64,000 bases of DNA from Eledone cirrhosa. Its lineage: Eukaryota. The position numbers and the translations under genes were made by a program. Position 1 is the stretch's first letter; the number at the start of each line of letters is the position of its first letter. The notes beneath the pieces are model-generated. The model was not told the origin of the DNA and did no database searches. It saw nothing but the letters and a program-made list of their open reading frames with translations. The stretch spans positions 15,066,001-15,130,000 of the forward strand of contig OZ024745.1 of assembly GCA_964016885.1 (NCBI GenBank). The letters are read 5' to 3'. Below, in pieces: positions 13,366 to 26,854 of the stretch.

Positions 13366-13845
13366 GAAGGTACAGTTCATATATACAAAACCTGTGAATG
13401 ATGAAAAAGCGCCACCCTACATTTATCTGTTTACGTCTTCTATATATTTACTGTTACTCTATTTATGTATTCTGAACTCCCGACCAATGTACAACGGCGC
13501 TAGCTTACACAATACTACCACTGATTCTCCTCTCAATTAAGATGAATCTTAGAAGATAAACAGCCTTTCTAAACACTTTACTGAAAATTCATCCTAAACA
13601 TCTTTCTCACTCTCATTCCTCGTCCTTTCTCTCTTTCTCTCTGTATATTATTATTATCATTATTATTATTGTTATTGGCGACCTACGTAGGAAATCGTAT
13701 CATCGATTTATGGAAAATTTTTGTTGTTCAGTGTTTATAAGGTCACATATATTGCTTTCGGAAAAGCACACTCAAAAAGATTGGGGCCTTGAGCCCAAAA
13801 TTTAAACTTTTATAATTATCAAACAAAAATTTCTTTGAAAAAATC

Positions 13846-15797
13846 ATGGACGACTCACAGCTACACCAACCTGACAGCCTTCCTCACATACTAATACCTC
13901 ACACCAACACCACCATTGTAAATATTACTACGTTTGCCAACACTAAAAATATAAGCAGTAGCAATAATTTAAATTTGTCTCATGCAGACATTCATTTTCC
14001 GCCATTACCAAAAACTGCAGGTGTTAAAGCCGCCACCCCCACCACCACCACCACAGCGACAACAGAAACAAAAGAAAAAGAAAAATTATTATCTCGTGAC
14101 ATCGAAATGGATTCACCCAGAATCGACTCTTCCACATCGAACACCACTGACGCCACCACCACCACAACTGAAACTAAAAATAACAATAACAAAAATAACA
14201 ATAACAACAACAGCAACAACAATGAGAATGACAACAAAAACATCAACACCACCGCAAATGTGTCGTTTGCCAAAGCAGTCAAGAAATGCGAAACAATCGA
14301 GGTAACTCAGGAGGAATTAAATGAAGCCAAGGGAATGGTAAAGAAAGATGGGTACATGGTCAGCTTCCTCCCCTCTAATAAAATGGAGCATCGGCGCCTA
14401 TGCACCGTGTCTTATCGGACGATTACCACAAAATCGCGCCGAGTGGAACGGGCATCCGAGTCCCAAATCCCAAAAGCTTTGGGACATGTGTGGGCGGAAA
14501 AACCCACATCAGACGTGGGCAGAAATATGGAACCGTGGACGTGTTCTTTGGAACACCACAGGAGGCCAGAGAGCACTTCAAGGCCCCATTAAGAAGCGAC
14601 GAATTCACACTCGTCCCAAGCTATTGTGGCCAGAGACTCGTGAAGATCAGAGTGACCCACGTTCCACCAGCCATCGAAATTCCCTGGCTAATGGCTGCGG
14701 TCCTCGCCGGCATCGAGGCTAACACCAAAATAATTGAAGTATCAAAAGAAAAGCAGGAGAACTGGTCCTGATTTGGGATGGAGCTCCTGATCCAAGCGGA
14801 CCATAAAAGCAATGAGGAAATCCCAGAGGTAATAGACCTCACTGACGGCAGCCACCTCACCGTAATCGTCGAGGGTAGAAGGCCTAGGTGTGTCATTTGT
14901 GGTGAAGGAACCCACATAAAGGCTTTCTGCCCTCAGGCTAAAAAGTTGAGGCCACCTCTCTTACCCACCCCAGTGACTCAACCATCAACACCACCACCAG
15001 CAGAAATGGCAGCAACAACTGTAGCAGCAACAAGAGAAGCAACTGTAGCAGCAACAACCCAAGCAACAGTAGCAAAACAAACACCACCACCACCCACCGC
15101 GCCAGAACTAGCACCAGCGCCTCCACCATCCCCCACGCCACAACCAAAACCAATGCTTGTGGAGGAATTTCCACTCCCCGACCTATCGCAACTGGAGACA
15201 GATTGTGACGACGAGGAGTCGGAAACTGTATCAGGAAAAAAGAAAAATAGAAAAAGAAGCCAAAAAAGAAAAACATTCTCTTCCCTCCCCTCCAAAAAGA
15301 AAATACAGAGGGAAACAAATAAACTATCAAACGAAAAAGTTAGGACAGCTATGCCACCATCCACACCAGCATCACCATCACCATCACCAACCCCATCACC
15401 CCAAACACCAACACCATCACCATCATTAACCCCAACACCACCATCACCAACACCACAAAAGTCACCAAAAAGCGAAAGAGAAACAAACCCACAACAAACG
15501 CAAAGAAAACAAAACAACCAAAATGATACACACTACACAGCATTAAATTTGAACAACAACCAATTATTACACTACATCCAACACAGCACCAGCATCACAG
15601 AAAAAGACGACACAACATCCCAAAAGTTCACACCACCTCCACACATACAAATCACTCGCATCACACAGAAAACGTACACAACACTAAAACAAAAAATTAT
15701 TCAAAGACAAGCACTCTCCAGGAGGATTTATAAGGACATCCTTCCGGTGGTAGCCACAGGCAGTGAAAAGGATGGAGAAACCATCCTTCCTCTATGA
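13846..15797 (+). pseudogene. Tx1-like ORF1 (gag-like, CCHC knuckle CVICGEGTHIKAFC, Pro/Thr-rich tail)
   Basis: Pieces 13846-14592, 14400-14771 and 14778-15797; frameshift near 14495 and in-frame TGA at 14769; homologous to 35560-37235. Confidence 0.8.
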
Positions 15798-15843
15798 GAA
15801 GTAAGGTAAGTGGTCTTTCCCATCTTTTCCACTCCTTTTCAAC

Positions 15844-18192
15844 ATGACCTCACTCAGAATAGGCAGCACAAATGCGCGTGGCTTGGGGTCGTCATGGAAG
15901 CAGGGCCACCTGCTCAACGACCTTAGTTCACTAAACATAGATGTAGTGGCCATCAGCGAGACCAGAATATCCGAAGCACGGGCCTTCCCACCGATCTTCG
16001 GCGGCTACCATGTGTACGCATCTCCCAGCCGTCCTGGATCGGGGGGTGGAGTTGCTGTGCTTTTTCGGAGAGGTTTGAATCTCGCCATACGGGCCATTTT
16101 CCTGGACCCAGAAGGTAAGTTGGTGGTGCTGGGCATGACCAGCGGAGGCGGGCAAGCTTTCAGGCTAGTGGCCGTCTATGCTCCGACAGGGGCAGGGCCG
16201 TCTGATTTCTTCCAGCGTATGGAGACCTTTCTAGGAACGTCCCGCTCTTTAGTGTTAGTGGGCGACTGGAAGGGTATCTTAGATGCACGCTGGGACTGTG
16301 TGGGATTAGCGGATAGGAGAGGAGGGTGCAAGAGCCTCACCAACTTGCTCAGGCGTTTTGAACTGTCTGACAGGTACCGATTGGATTTCCCTAATGTGCC
16401 AATGTGGACTTGGACAAACCGTATCGGGTCATCCAGATCATATCTAGATAGAGTATTTTGTAGGGAAATAGATAGGTTCAGCATAGGCTGTCCACAATTC
16501 AAGATAGTCAGCTAACGGACCACAAATCCGCGATCTGTGTGGTTGACTTAGATAGGCTTCATAGACAAAGACCCGGCTACTGGAAGCTAAACGCGTCCTT
16601 ACTAGCGCGCAAGGCCTACACAAACCGGATTAGCGAACTAATTAAGCGGGCGTTGACGGGGGCCATCGTCAACAACAAGTGGTTGTTTGTTCTGAAAAGA
16701 GCGATTAGAATAGAGTGCATTAGGTTTAGTAAGGCTTTAAGTATGGAGAAACATAGAGCAGAGGGAGAACTAGTTAGAAAATTAGACGAGGCGCTTAGCA
16801 AAAGCATCGCGACCGACGTACTTGCGGCGAAATTGGCCTTTGACCAATTCTTCAATGCAAAGCACGAAGGCTGCGTTGTCAGAGCTAGGGCGCGTGCTCT
16901 CAGACACGAGGGGACGAAAGCCGTTCAATGGGCCCGAGTGGCGGAGGCGCGTCGTGGCAACAAAGCCACGATCCGGTCTTTGGTGGACCACGACGGGCGC
17001 ATGCTACTCGATCCCGGGCAAATGTGTGAAGCTTTTCAGCGACACTTCGCTCAGATGTTCGGGGGCAGCGGCGGGCCAGATCGAGGTATGGACTTTAGTG
17101 TCTACCTCGACGGACTGACGCGGCTCGGCCACTGAGACGGAGTGTTGCGAAAAGCCGTTAACAGCCGCTGAAGTACGGGAGGCAATGACTGGCTGCACAA
17201 GGGGTAAATCGCCTGGTTTGGATGGTCTGCTCTATGAACTTTACGTACAAATGCCAGACTTGTTCGGAGGCCTCTTGGCGGACGTCTACTGTAACTGGCA
17301 ACAGAACAGGAGAATTCCCAGCTCTGTGAGCCGAGGAGCGGTGGCGCTGCTGAGAAAGGATCCGAACAAGGGGGATAACATAGATAATTTTAGGCCCATA
17401 ACTCTGCTAAATACAGAGTTCAAGATTTTGGCCAAGGTGCTAGCAAAATGGTTGGCGCTTGTCGTTTGTAGTCTGGTAGGAGAGGTGCAGACATGCGCCA
17501 TTCCCGACAGATCCATCCACGACAACCTCCACCTCATGCGATACATTGTGGAGAGGGTAACTAGGGAACCTGGCACGGATGGGTCCTTGATCAAATTAGA
17601 TCAGTCGAAATCTTTCGATAGGGTCGACTATCGTTACCTAGCGACAGTCCTGAGGGCGGCTGGCTTCGGGCCCCTCTTCAGAGGCTGGATCGCTGCCATG
17701 CACAGAAACATCTGCTCTGTGGTGAGAGTGAACGGTCACCTTTTGGAACCGTTCAACATCATGCTCTCGGTCCGCCAAGGATGTCCCCTCTCGTCCCTCT
17801 TGTACGTATTGACTCTCGAGCCATTACTGCACAAACTGGAGACGTTGACATGGATCCGCGCGAACTAGGATGCGGATGATCCGTATCTGCATATGCGGAC
17901 GATGTCACCGTAGTGGTGTCGAACGCCAAACAGATCGAGGCAATCGGCACTACACTAAGAGAATACGAATCGGTGACAGGAGCAATGATCAACCAGGAAA
18001 AGTCAGTGGCCTGCAGCTCGGCACCTGGAGAGGCAGGTCCATGCCGTCCACCAGCGTCGTCGGGCGCTGGACGGTCGGACCGGTTAAATTGCTACGGGTC
18101 TGGTTCGGTCCGGACCTCCAGACGGACAAAAACTGGGATGAGGTGACGCGCAGGGTGGCTTCTCTCACCCAGAAATGGGCGGAGAGGAAGCT
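15844..18192 (+). pseudogene. Tx1-like ORF2: AP endonuclease + reverse transcriptase (disrupted)
   Basis: NARGL, SETR, VYAP, GDW, YLDRV, TDHK (APE); YWKLN; KSPGLDG, NFRPITLLN, DQSKSFDRV, RQGCPLS, AYADD (RT); several stops and frameshifts. Confidence 0.88.
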
Positions 18193-18298
18193 AGACTTTG
18201 CCTTTCATCCTTACGGGGTCGATAAAATAAAGTACCAGTAATGCACTGGCTAATTGCTGGCCTTGTGCCTAAAGTAGAAACAATTATTATTATTATTA
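18193..18298 (+). mobile_element. 5'-truncated SINE with (TTA)n tail
   Basis: actttgcctttcatccttacggggtcgataaaataaagtaccag..gtagaaacaattattatt. Confidence 0.85.
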
Positions 18299-20925
18299 CA
18301 GTTGCATTTATCTTGCTTTATGTTCATACGAGTTACCACCAAGTCACAACCAGTGACCTCAAGAGACAACAAGGTCCGCCATGTGCAAGAAAGAACATAC
18401 ATACTCACACATGCATCTTTAGTGTTTAGACTTGTGATGTACTTATATTGACAGAATCTTCCTTAGTATATGGGCAGTTCCCATTAGTACTATCTTTTGT
18501 ATTTCTCCTATACGCGGGTTTCCTGGGATTTGCGATAAGTAATCATTAGACCCCTTAGGTATCATTCCCAGAGCGCCTACAACCACTGGTATTGTTTTAG
18601 TTCTCAATTTCCACATTTTTCCAATTTCTATCTCCAGGTCCTTATACTTGCTCAATTTTTCAAATGTTTTTATTGATACATTCTTGTCTATTGGAACAGA
18701 CATATCAATTAGCAGGCATACCCTCTTTTGAAAGTCCTTCAATATTATATCAGGTCTATTTGCATCTATTTTTCGGTCTCTTTGGATGCTAAAGTTCCAC
18801 AAGATTGAGATGTGATCTTTTTCAAGTATGGGAGGTGGTTGATGCTCCCACCAATTCTTTTGATGGGGCAGGTCAAAATGCTTACACATTATCCAATGTA
18901 TGTATTGTGCAGCTCTGTCATGCCTGTTTAGGTATTCGGTTGGAGCTATAGGACTGCACATTGAAATTATATGGTCAATGGTCTCTGGTTGTTTTTTGCA
19001 TACACGGCATAATGGGCTGCACCCATTTTTTATTATGTTGGCTTGGTAATTTTTTGTTGGCAGACACTGATCTTGTGCTGATATAATCATTCCTTCAGTC
19101 TCCGATTTCAGTCCAGAGGATGCCAACCACTGATGGGTTAAAGTTTTGTCAACATCAGGATTGTTAGCTCGCTCTGGGTATTTTCCATACAGAGGCTTTT
19201 CTTGCCATTTCTTAGCCAGTTTCTGTAGCAGTTCTTTCTTTGCAGTTACTTTTACCTGCTTTGCTTTTTCTGTGTTTTCCATTTCAGCAGTAAATGGGAC
19301 TTCTGAAATTTGTAGTCCATTACTGTATCTTTGTGCATCTTTTGTAATGGAATATGATCTTTTGATGCTTTCGTGTTTCAAAACGAGTTTGATCATCCAA
19401 TCATGTGATTCCCTTAGATATGTAGATAATCCAATTGTTGCAGTTTTCAACGCAATGTCTAACTGGATTAACCCACGTCCTCCTTCTTTCCTAGGGAGAT
19501 ATATTCTATCTATATCTGCCTTAGGGTGATGCATTCTGTGCATGGTTAAGAATTTTCGAATTTTTGTATCGAGCCTACGGATCTCTGTGCTTGACCAGTT
19601 GATGACATTGTAACTGTAGGTTACTACTGGTATGGCAAGCGTGTTTATGGCATCGATCCTATTCCTTGCATTCAATTCCGTTCTTAAGATTGCTCTTACT
19701 CTGCGGTAACATTGCTTCCTTATCCTTTCCCTCATTGTCGAGTGCTTGATTCCGTCTCCTTCACAAACACCTAGATATTTGTAAGTTTTTTCTTGATCAA
19801 GTTCTCTTATCACGTTCCCCCGATCAAGATTAATGTCTGAACTCTTCAGCAGCTTTCCTCTGGTGAACGTTGCTTTGGCGCATTTATCTAGTCCAAACTC
19901 CATTTTAATGTCATCACTGAACTGCTCCACAGTGGATAATAGCTCTTGCAATTGTTCATCATTTTTTGCAAATAGTTTCAGGTCATCCATGTAGAACAGG
20001 TGATTAATGGTTTTGTCATATACTTTATATCCATGTTTTGTTTCATTGAGCATTTTACTTAATGTTATAAGTGCGATGCAGAATAAAAGCGGTGATAAAG
20101 TGTCACCCTGAAAAATTCCACAATTAATATTAACTTCTCCAGCTTCCAATGATTTTGTTTCACTATTCAAAAGGAGTGTCGTTTTCCATGTCTTCATACT
20201 GAATGACAAAAACCTCCTGACAACGGGGGATATTTTGAAAATCTCTAAACATTTTTCAATCCAACTGTGTGGCAAACTATCGAATGCTTTTTTATAATCT
20301 ATCCAAGCAATCGATAGATTTTTGTGTCTATTATGACAATCTTCCAGTATCATTTTGTTAACCAGAAGCTGATCCTTACAGCCATATGAGCCTCGTTTAC
20401 ACCCTTTCTGCTCAATGGGAAATAGGTAATTTGTTATCAGGTGGTCATATGTGTATTCAGTTAGGACTGATGTTAAAATGTTATACGTTGTCGTCAAGCA
20501 AGTTATCGGTCTGTAATTTTTGGGATTGTTTGTCTCATCATTCTTCGGAAGCAGGAATGTAATGCCGTTAACTAGCCATGATGGTATCTTTTCTGGCTCC
20601 TTAACTATTTCATTGTAAAGTTGGGCTAACAGCTCATGAGACTCTGTGAAGGCATTTATCCAAAAGTTTTGTATTTTGTCTTTTCCTGGGGATTTCCATT
20701 TGCTGGTTTTTCTTAGAGCCAAGCGCAACTGTTCAACTGTTATATTTTCCCATATTTGTTCCTCAAGGTGAGCTGTATCTTTCATTTGTCTGTCTATCCA
20801 TGGGGCATGTATGTTATGAACTTTTTCTTCGGCCCAGATCTTTTCCCAGAATTCTTGCACTTCCTCCTTGGGTGGTATTGATTTAGCAGTTATAGTTGAC
20901 TTACCAATTTTTCTGTAGAAGTTTC

Positions 20926-20926
<1 letters not shown>
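18299..20926 (-). mobile_element. Dong-A, 5'-truncated copy
   Basis: Near-identical to 1301-3927; flanked by TAA repeats on both sides. Confidence 0.93.
18443..20860 (-). CDS. Uninterrupted 805-aa RT + CCHC + RLE reading frame of Dong-A (N-terminus missing)
   Basis: ORF track; RT motifs IDYKKAFDS, QGD, FYMDD; CRVC..H..C; RPDII..LIDMSVP. Confidence 0.8.
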   Translation of the reverse strand: MQEFWEKIWAEEKVHNIHAPWIDRQMKDTAHLEEQIWENITVEQLRLALRKTSKWKSPGKDKIQNFWINAFTESHELLAQLYNEIVKEPEKIPSWLVNGITFLLPKNDETNNPKNYRPITCLTTTYNILTSVLTEYTYDHLITNYLFPIEQKGCKRGSYGCKDQLLVNKMILEDCHNRHKNLSIAWIDYKKAFDSLPHSWIEKCLEIFKISPVVRRFLSFSMKTWKTTLLLNSETKSLEAGEVNINCGIFQGDTLSPLLFCIALITLSKMLNETKHGYKVYDKTINHLFYMDDLKLFAKNDEQLQELLSTVEQFSDDIKMEFGLDKCAKATFTRGKLLKSSDINLDRGNVIRELDQEKTYKYLGVCEGDGIKHSTMRERIRKQCYRRVRAILRTELNARNRIDAINTLAIPVVTYSYNVINWSSTEIRRLDTKIRKFLTMHRMHHPKADIDRIYLPRKEGGRGLIQLDIALKTATIGLSTYLRESHDWMIKLVLKHESIKRSYSITKDAQRYSNGLQISEVPFTAEMENTEKAKQVKVTAKKELLQKLAKKWQEKPLYGKYPERANNPDVDKTLTHQWLASSGLKSETEGMIISAQDQCLPTKNYQANIIKNGCSPLCRVCKKQPETIDHIISMCSPIAPTEYLNRHDRAAQYIHWIMCKHFDLPHQKNWWEHQPPPILEKDHISILWNFSIQRDRKIDANRPDIILKDFQKRVCLLIDMSVPIDKNVSIKTFEKLSKYKDLEIEIGKMWKLRTKTIPVVVGALGMIPKGSNDYLSQIPGNPRIGEIQKIVLMGTAHILRKILSI

Positions 20927-20973
<47 letters not shown>

Positions 20974-20974
<1 letters not shown>

Positions 20975-21936
20975 TGCATTTATCTTGCTTTATGTTTATA
21001 CGAGTTATCACCAAGTCACAACCAGTGACCTCAAGAGACAACAAGGTCCGCCATGTTCAAGAAAGAACACACATATTCACACATGCATCCTTAGTGTTTA
21101 GACTTGTGATGTACTTATATTGACAGGATCTCCCTTAGTATATGGGCAGTTCCCATTAGTACTATCTTTTGTATTTCTCCTATACGCGGGTTTCCTGGGA
21201 TTTGCGATAAGTAGTCGTTAGACCCCTTAGGTATCATTCCCAGAGCGCCTACAACCACTGGTATTGTTTTAGTTCTCAATTTCCACATTTTTCCAATTTC
21301 TATCTCCAGGTCCTTATACTTGCTCAATTTTTCAAATGTTTTTATAGATACATTCTTGTCTATTGGAACAGACATATCAATTAGCAGGCATACCCTCCTT
21401 TGAAAGTCCTTCAATATTATATCAGGTCTATTTGCATCTATTTTTCGGTCTGTTTGGATGCTAAAGTTCCACAAGATTGAGATGTGATCTTTTTCAAGTA
21501 TGGGAGGTGGTTGATGCTCCCACCAATTCTTTTGATGGGGCAGGTCAAAATGCTTACACATTATCCAATGTATGTATTGTGCAGCTCTGTCATGCCTGTT
21601 TAGGTATTCGGTTGGAGCTATAGGACTGCACATTGAAATTATATGGTCAATGGTCTCTGGTTGTTTTTTGCATACACGGCATAATGGGCTGCACCCATTT
21701 TTTATTATGTTGGCTTGGTAATTTTTTGTTGGCAGACACTGATCTTGTGCGGATATAATCAGTCCTTCAGTCTCCGATTTCAGTCCAGAGGATGCCAACC
21801 ACTGATGGGTTAAAATTTTGTCAACATCAGGATTGTTAGCTCGCTCTGGGTATTTTCCATACAGAGGCTTTTCTTGCCATTTCTTAGCTAGTTTCTGTAG
21901 CAGTTCTTTCTTTGCAGTTACTTTTACCTGCTTTGC

Positions 21937-21940
<4 letters not shown>
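20974..21940 (-). mobile_element. Dong-A, short 5'-truncated copy (CCHC + RLE)
   Basis: Matches the 3' ~1 kb of the other Dong-A copies; (TAA)n at 20927-20973 and 21941-21977. Confidence 0.92.
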
Positions 21941-21977
<37 letters not shown>

Positions 21978-22317
21978 GTTGTTGTTCATACGTGTTACCA
22001 ACAAACAACTTTTTGGAGTTAATGACGCCAAACGTTAAGAAATGTTCTGTGGCACTCATGTGGACTCCCACGTGTCTTAGAAAATAGCAATGTGATATTT
22101 CAATAGACGTTTACAATACTGTTATCAAAGAGTAAGTGTGACGTCGTTTCCCTTGACAATGATGACAAGAATATACTAATTGTCAACATAGAAATAGCAA
22201 GTGTCTATAGTGCTGTATAGAATTAAGCTTATAAAGCAAGTAACTACACAGTAATAACTGTTTAGCTAAAGCCTGAAATCTGTTAATGAATATACCTATC
22301 ATCCAATATCTAATACA

Positions 22318-22960
22318 ATAACTGTTTCTACTTTTGGCACAAGGCCAGCAATTATCCAGTGTATTACTGGTACTTTATTTTATCGACCTCATAAGGATGA
22401 AAGGCAAAGTTAATATCTAATACAATAATGAATCCAGAATTACTCTGTCTACCAAGAACAAATGCTATCTTTCTATGATTCTTTGGCTTGCATGTGTATG
22501 CTAGGGAGCTCATCTCCTCCTGCCATACTCGACATTTCCACCCAACATTTAATAAATTTACTGATAATAATTGTTTCTACTTTTGGTACAAGGCCAGCAA
22601 TTACCCAGTGCATTACTGGTACTTTATTTTATCGACCCCGTAAGGATTAAAGGAAAAGTTAACCTCGGTGGGATTCGAACTCAGACCGCAAAGGGTCGTA
22701 ACTCTATGTTGCAAAGCATGGCGCCTGACGCTCTACCAATACTGTCAATCCACCGCCCGTTATTTACTGCTAATAATTGTTTCTACTTTAGGCACAAGGC
22801 CAGCAATTACCCAGTGCATTACTGGTACTTTATTTTATCGACCCCGTAAGGATGAAAGGCAAAGTCAACCTCGGCGAGATTTGAACTCAGATCGTAAAGG
22901 GACGTAACTATGCTGGAAAGCATGGCGTCCAACCCTCTATCGATACTGCCAATCCATTTA
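22318..22960 (-). mobile_element. Cluster of three SINE copies (22318-22412 partial, 22567-22765, 22772-22960)
   Basis: Reverse complement of SINE core and tail occurring three times. Confidence 0.82.
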
Positions 22961-22984
22961 CTGATAATAATATTTCCATTTAAC

Positions 22985-23240
22985 ATTTGTTTAATCGATC
23001 GACAGGATGCCAGAACACATTCGCATACCGGGGATGGAATTCTTCAAATGGGACCCAAAAAACAATTTTTCCATTGGTCTTTACATTGCTGAAACTATCT
23101 ACAAGACACAACTTCGGCCAGAAAGATCAACGTGGGATAGTGTCTTGCGCAAACACATAACGCATCATCCTGTCTGGAAATCCAACTCGCAACCTTGTGG
23201 ATGTGAATTCAGTTCTTAAACTACTCAGCCACGCGCCTTA
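22985..23240 (-). mobile_element. Second tRNA-derived SINE family, degenerate
   Basis: Minus strand aaggcgcgtggctgagtagtt.. then gagtt..atttcc; loosely similar to 27030-27300 and 51870-52170. Confidence 0.5.
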
Positions 23241-25084
23241 ACATGTATATCTAAATAATAGAGATATCAATAATATACCAGAGAAATGTAACTATTAAAA
23301 ATATCTAGATGTGAAAGGATAGATATAAAGACACAATGAAGGCTAAATAATATATTAATGCCAGTTATTTAAATGAGGTGAAACAGTCACATTCAATATA
23401 ATTTTGTTCTATTTATCATAGCCACTATTTTCTACCTTAGAGGATTGTACTTGTAATTTAAAAGGATAGCCTTGTCACATATTATGTGATGTTAATTCAG
23501 CTTCGAAACCATATACACCGCGTTTCCATGGAATACTCAACCACTAACACGTTAATGTTTTGGATATAGGTTGCTCATCGATAATCTAATCACCAATATG
23601 TACCCATTACAAGCACACATATATGGTGATATTCCTCTTTAAAGTTTCAACGATGACTTCTATGTATTAGTTAGCTACAGGCGTCATATTCCTCCACCCA
23701 AAAGACTAACCTACATACTTGTCTTCTCTCACGTCTAAAACATCTCGCCACCCCTCTCCTTCTTCTGATAATAAATTAATAAAAATTTGGAAATATAGTT
23801 ATGGTTCGCAGAAGACAATACATTTTTGGAGATCAATGGTAAAAATCAGAATTTTACGGGCTCTACAAGAAACTGTTAACCAGGTGATCAATTCATGTTT
23901 GTGAATAATTCTATCAGAAAGCATACCAAATATATTGATGTTTCCTATTGAATATGGGAAGCAATTCAGCTTGGAAAAATCAGACGGATTAAAGTGAGCA
24001 CTATCGGTAAATCTACCATTTTAAAATGTCTGATTCAATTTTAGAAATTAATCACTCAAAGAATATATAGATTATTGATATATCTGTCACAAATATAACG
24101 CCAGTTAAAATGAGAAAGTACCAACAGTTAACCCTTAAACTGCGTAATAAGAGAAATAGTAACGACTTATAGATTGAATAAACCGTGATTGGTTGTTTTA
24201 GTGGAAGATGAACCAGAGATGCTTAGTCAAAGGAAACAAAGCGGTTGAGGAAATTTATATACTGATGCTGATGTAATTTGCATGTGCATGTATATTGTGT
24301 CAAAGTGAAACAGCTTTTACCACAATGTTGTCTAATAAGACCTAAGACTCGGACTATGTTGTCCCATAATGAGGTGATAGAATAATTTTGTTCAGTCCTA
24401 AAGAACTGATGAGTTATTAGTTCATCCGACCCAAAATAATTAAAAGAAGGCGCATTTCGTCATAATTAGTCACGGGTTTAGACTTGGAAAGCTCCTTTCT
24501 AAAACTCAATCTGAGCAAAGTGTTTTGAGAAAGACCAGCAGTCGTCCAAACATGGACGTCTGCCTTCCCCATGCCAACAATGTTTTTCGAAAAAAAGGTA
24601 GAAGCCGATATAGCTTAACACTAGCAACATCGCAGGTGAACTCTGAACTTAAGGAGTTAAAAGAGATTGCTCTTGGCGTCACATTTACCGCTCTCAAATG
24701 GTACTTTATTTATCGACCTGAATGAATGACAGGCACATTTGATTTCGGTAGAATTTGTATTTAAGAGCAGGGAGTCACTTTAATCTAACATTTTTATTCG
24801 CATAATCAATCAATGAACATAGAATGCTTACAACAGCAATAGTACACGTTATTGCAGTAATTCTGTGAGTAATTTACAAGGAAAATAGTTCGTTAGATAT
24901 ACACCAACACAAATGCCAGACCATAGTTCTGCTAAGAGTACACACACACCATTTAGGATAATCTTTGTCGAGCAGAAAAATAGACTAGACTAAATATATG
25001 GAAGAAAATGCTAAATATCCATTGCAGAATGATACTATGGGATGTGATTGTATAAACTATGTGCTGCCTGTGTTGTGTTATAAA

Positions 25085-25420
25085 GCAACGAATTGGCAGG
25101 GTCATTAGAACCTCGGATAGAATGCTTTGTGGTATTCGTCTCGTCTCTCTGAACTCTCTGAATTCAAAACACGACTTGGTCAACTTTCCCTTTCATCCAT
25201 TCGAAGTCGATAAAAAATTTACTAATCTCATACTAGGATCGATTCTTCTTCTATATCTCTTTCTCACCTCCTTTCTCACTCTCTCTATCCTTCTATGGAA
25301 GAAATCTACTGCATTCAGTCCTAGAGAGGAGATAGACACCGCCAAGTTTTAAAAATGCCGTAAAAACGCCGTATACCACTACGGCGCCCTACGATTCCAT
25401 CAGGAGTTACGAGACCAAGC
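25085..25420 (+). mobile_element. SINE variant with extended 3' segment
   Basis: Homologous to 13050-13365. Confidence 0.7.
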
Positions 25421-26794
25421 CATGTAGTGTTATACTATGAGGAGATGATTATGTAGATAGAATAGGTTTTTCGTATATGGTGATATATTATTGGCCGGTG
25501 GTTAAGTGGAATATGGAATACCTACTTCGTACGTTACGTTATTTTGTAGTTGCTGTTGTTGTTTAGTCCCAGTAAGACGTGATCGAGGAAAGCATTCTAC
25601 ACTTGAGCATCTCATCTCTAATCAGATACAGTGCATCTAGGAATATATCCCCTGAGGGCAACGTTTGAATCGAAGGAGATTTGGTAGTTATATAATTTTG
25701 TGTTGTGATCATAGTTCCTAAAATAGGGAAGGTTTTGTTATGGGTGCTATAGTATCGGTACTAGTTGTTGTAGCGGCGATACTTATCGTAATGGGAGTAG
25801 TTATAGTAGGGGTGGTAGTTGTTGTAGTTGTCGTAGCTGTAGGATAATAGTTGTGGTGGTAGTGGTACTTATGGTAATGACGATACATCTTTAATAGTAG
25901 TGGTGGTAGTTTTAGTATCGTCGTAGTTGTAGTATTCATAATACTATTTGTAGTAATGATGTAATAGTAGTAATAGTGGTGGTGGTGGTGGTGATACATA
26001 TATTTGATCTTTTTTCATTTTTCTTTTCATTTACAATCGCTATTTTGGAGTTATTGTTACTTATCAAGCCCTGGTGTTTGTTTGAAATTATATTCATCAA
26101 AGCTATCGACCACTCACTGGGCATTCTTTTGTCCCTCGCAAAAGGTTTCTCCCTTGTTGTGCGTCAAAGATAAGCCACTCGATGGAAAATTCTGCTTCAA
26201 AAGTAAAAACAAAAACATAACGTCAATAGCTACTGGATAACCGAAAAATTACTGATACCTGAAACCGGAAATATTGTTATGTTTGGAAATATGAGATATG
26301 AAACAATCAGCAAAGAATGCCTTAGCAAAACACACTCCAATCTATACATACATTCATTTACATTCATGTATTTATGGATGCATGCTGACTTTAGGTATAT
26401 ATGTATATTTATGTATATTTAGATTTATGTATGCAGAAATACGAACGGCATTCAAGTGTGAAAACACACGTTTTTATGGGAATTTACTATCGTATTATGT
26501 ATAAAGCATGAAGCTGTATTCGCTTAGATAGGGAGATGCATGTAGAGACACGCCACACACACACACATATATATATATATATGCACACACATACACACAT
26601 ATACACACTCACGCACACACACACACACACACACACATTTATATATATATATATACAATTACACAAATATTTATGTGTGGCTAACTAGAAGCTCCCATAT
26701 CGACATAATGCACATATATTATATATGTACAGCAATATTCCGGCTATTTGAAATGCTTCTCTATACTTCTCTAATTCCTACCCTCTTCCTGTAC

Positions 26795-26851
<57 letters not shown>

Positions 26852-26854
<3 letters not shown>

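Larger units (their letters stand above)
13677..18192 (+). mobile_element. Tx1/L1-clade LINE (ORF1 + APE-RT ORF2), disabled and 3'-truncated
   Basis: Begins after (TTA)n; ORF1 with CCHC; ORF2 with APE and RT motifs; ends at a SINE junction. Confidence 0.88.
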
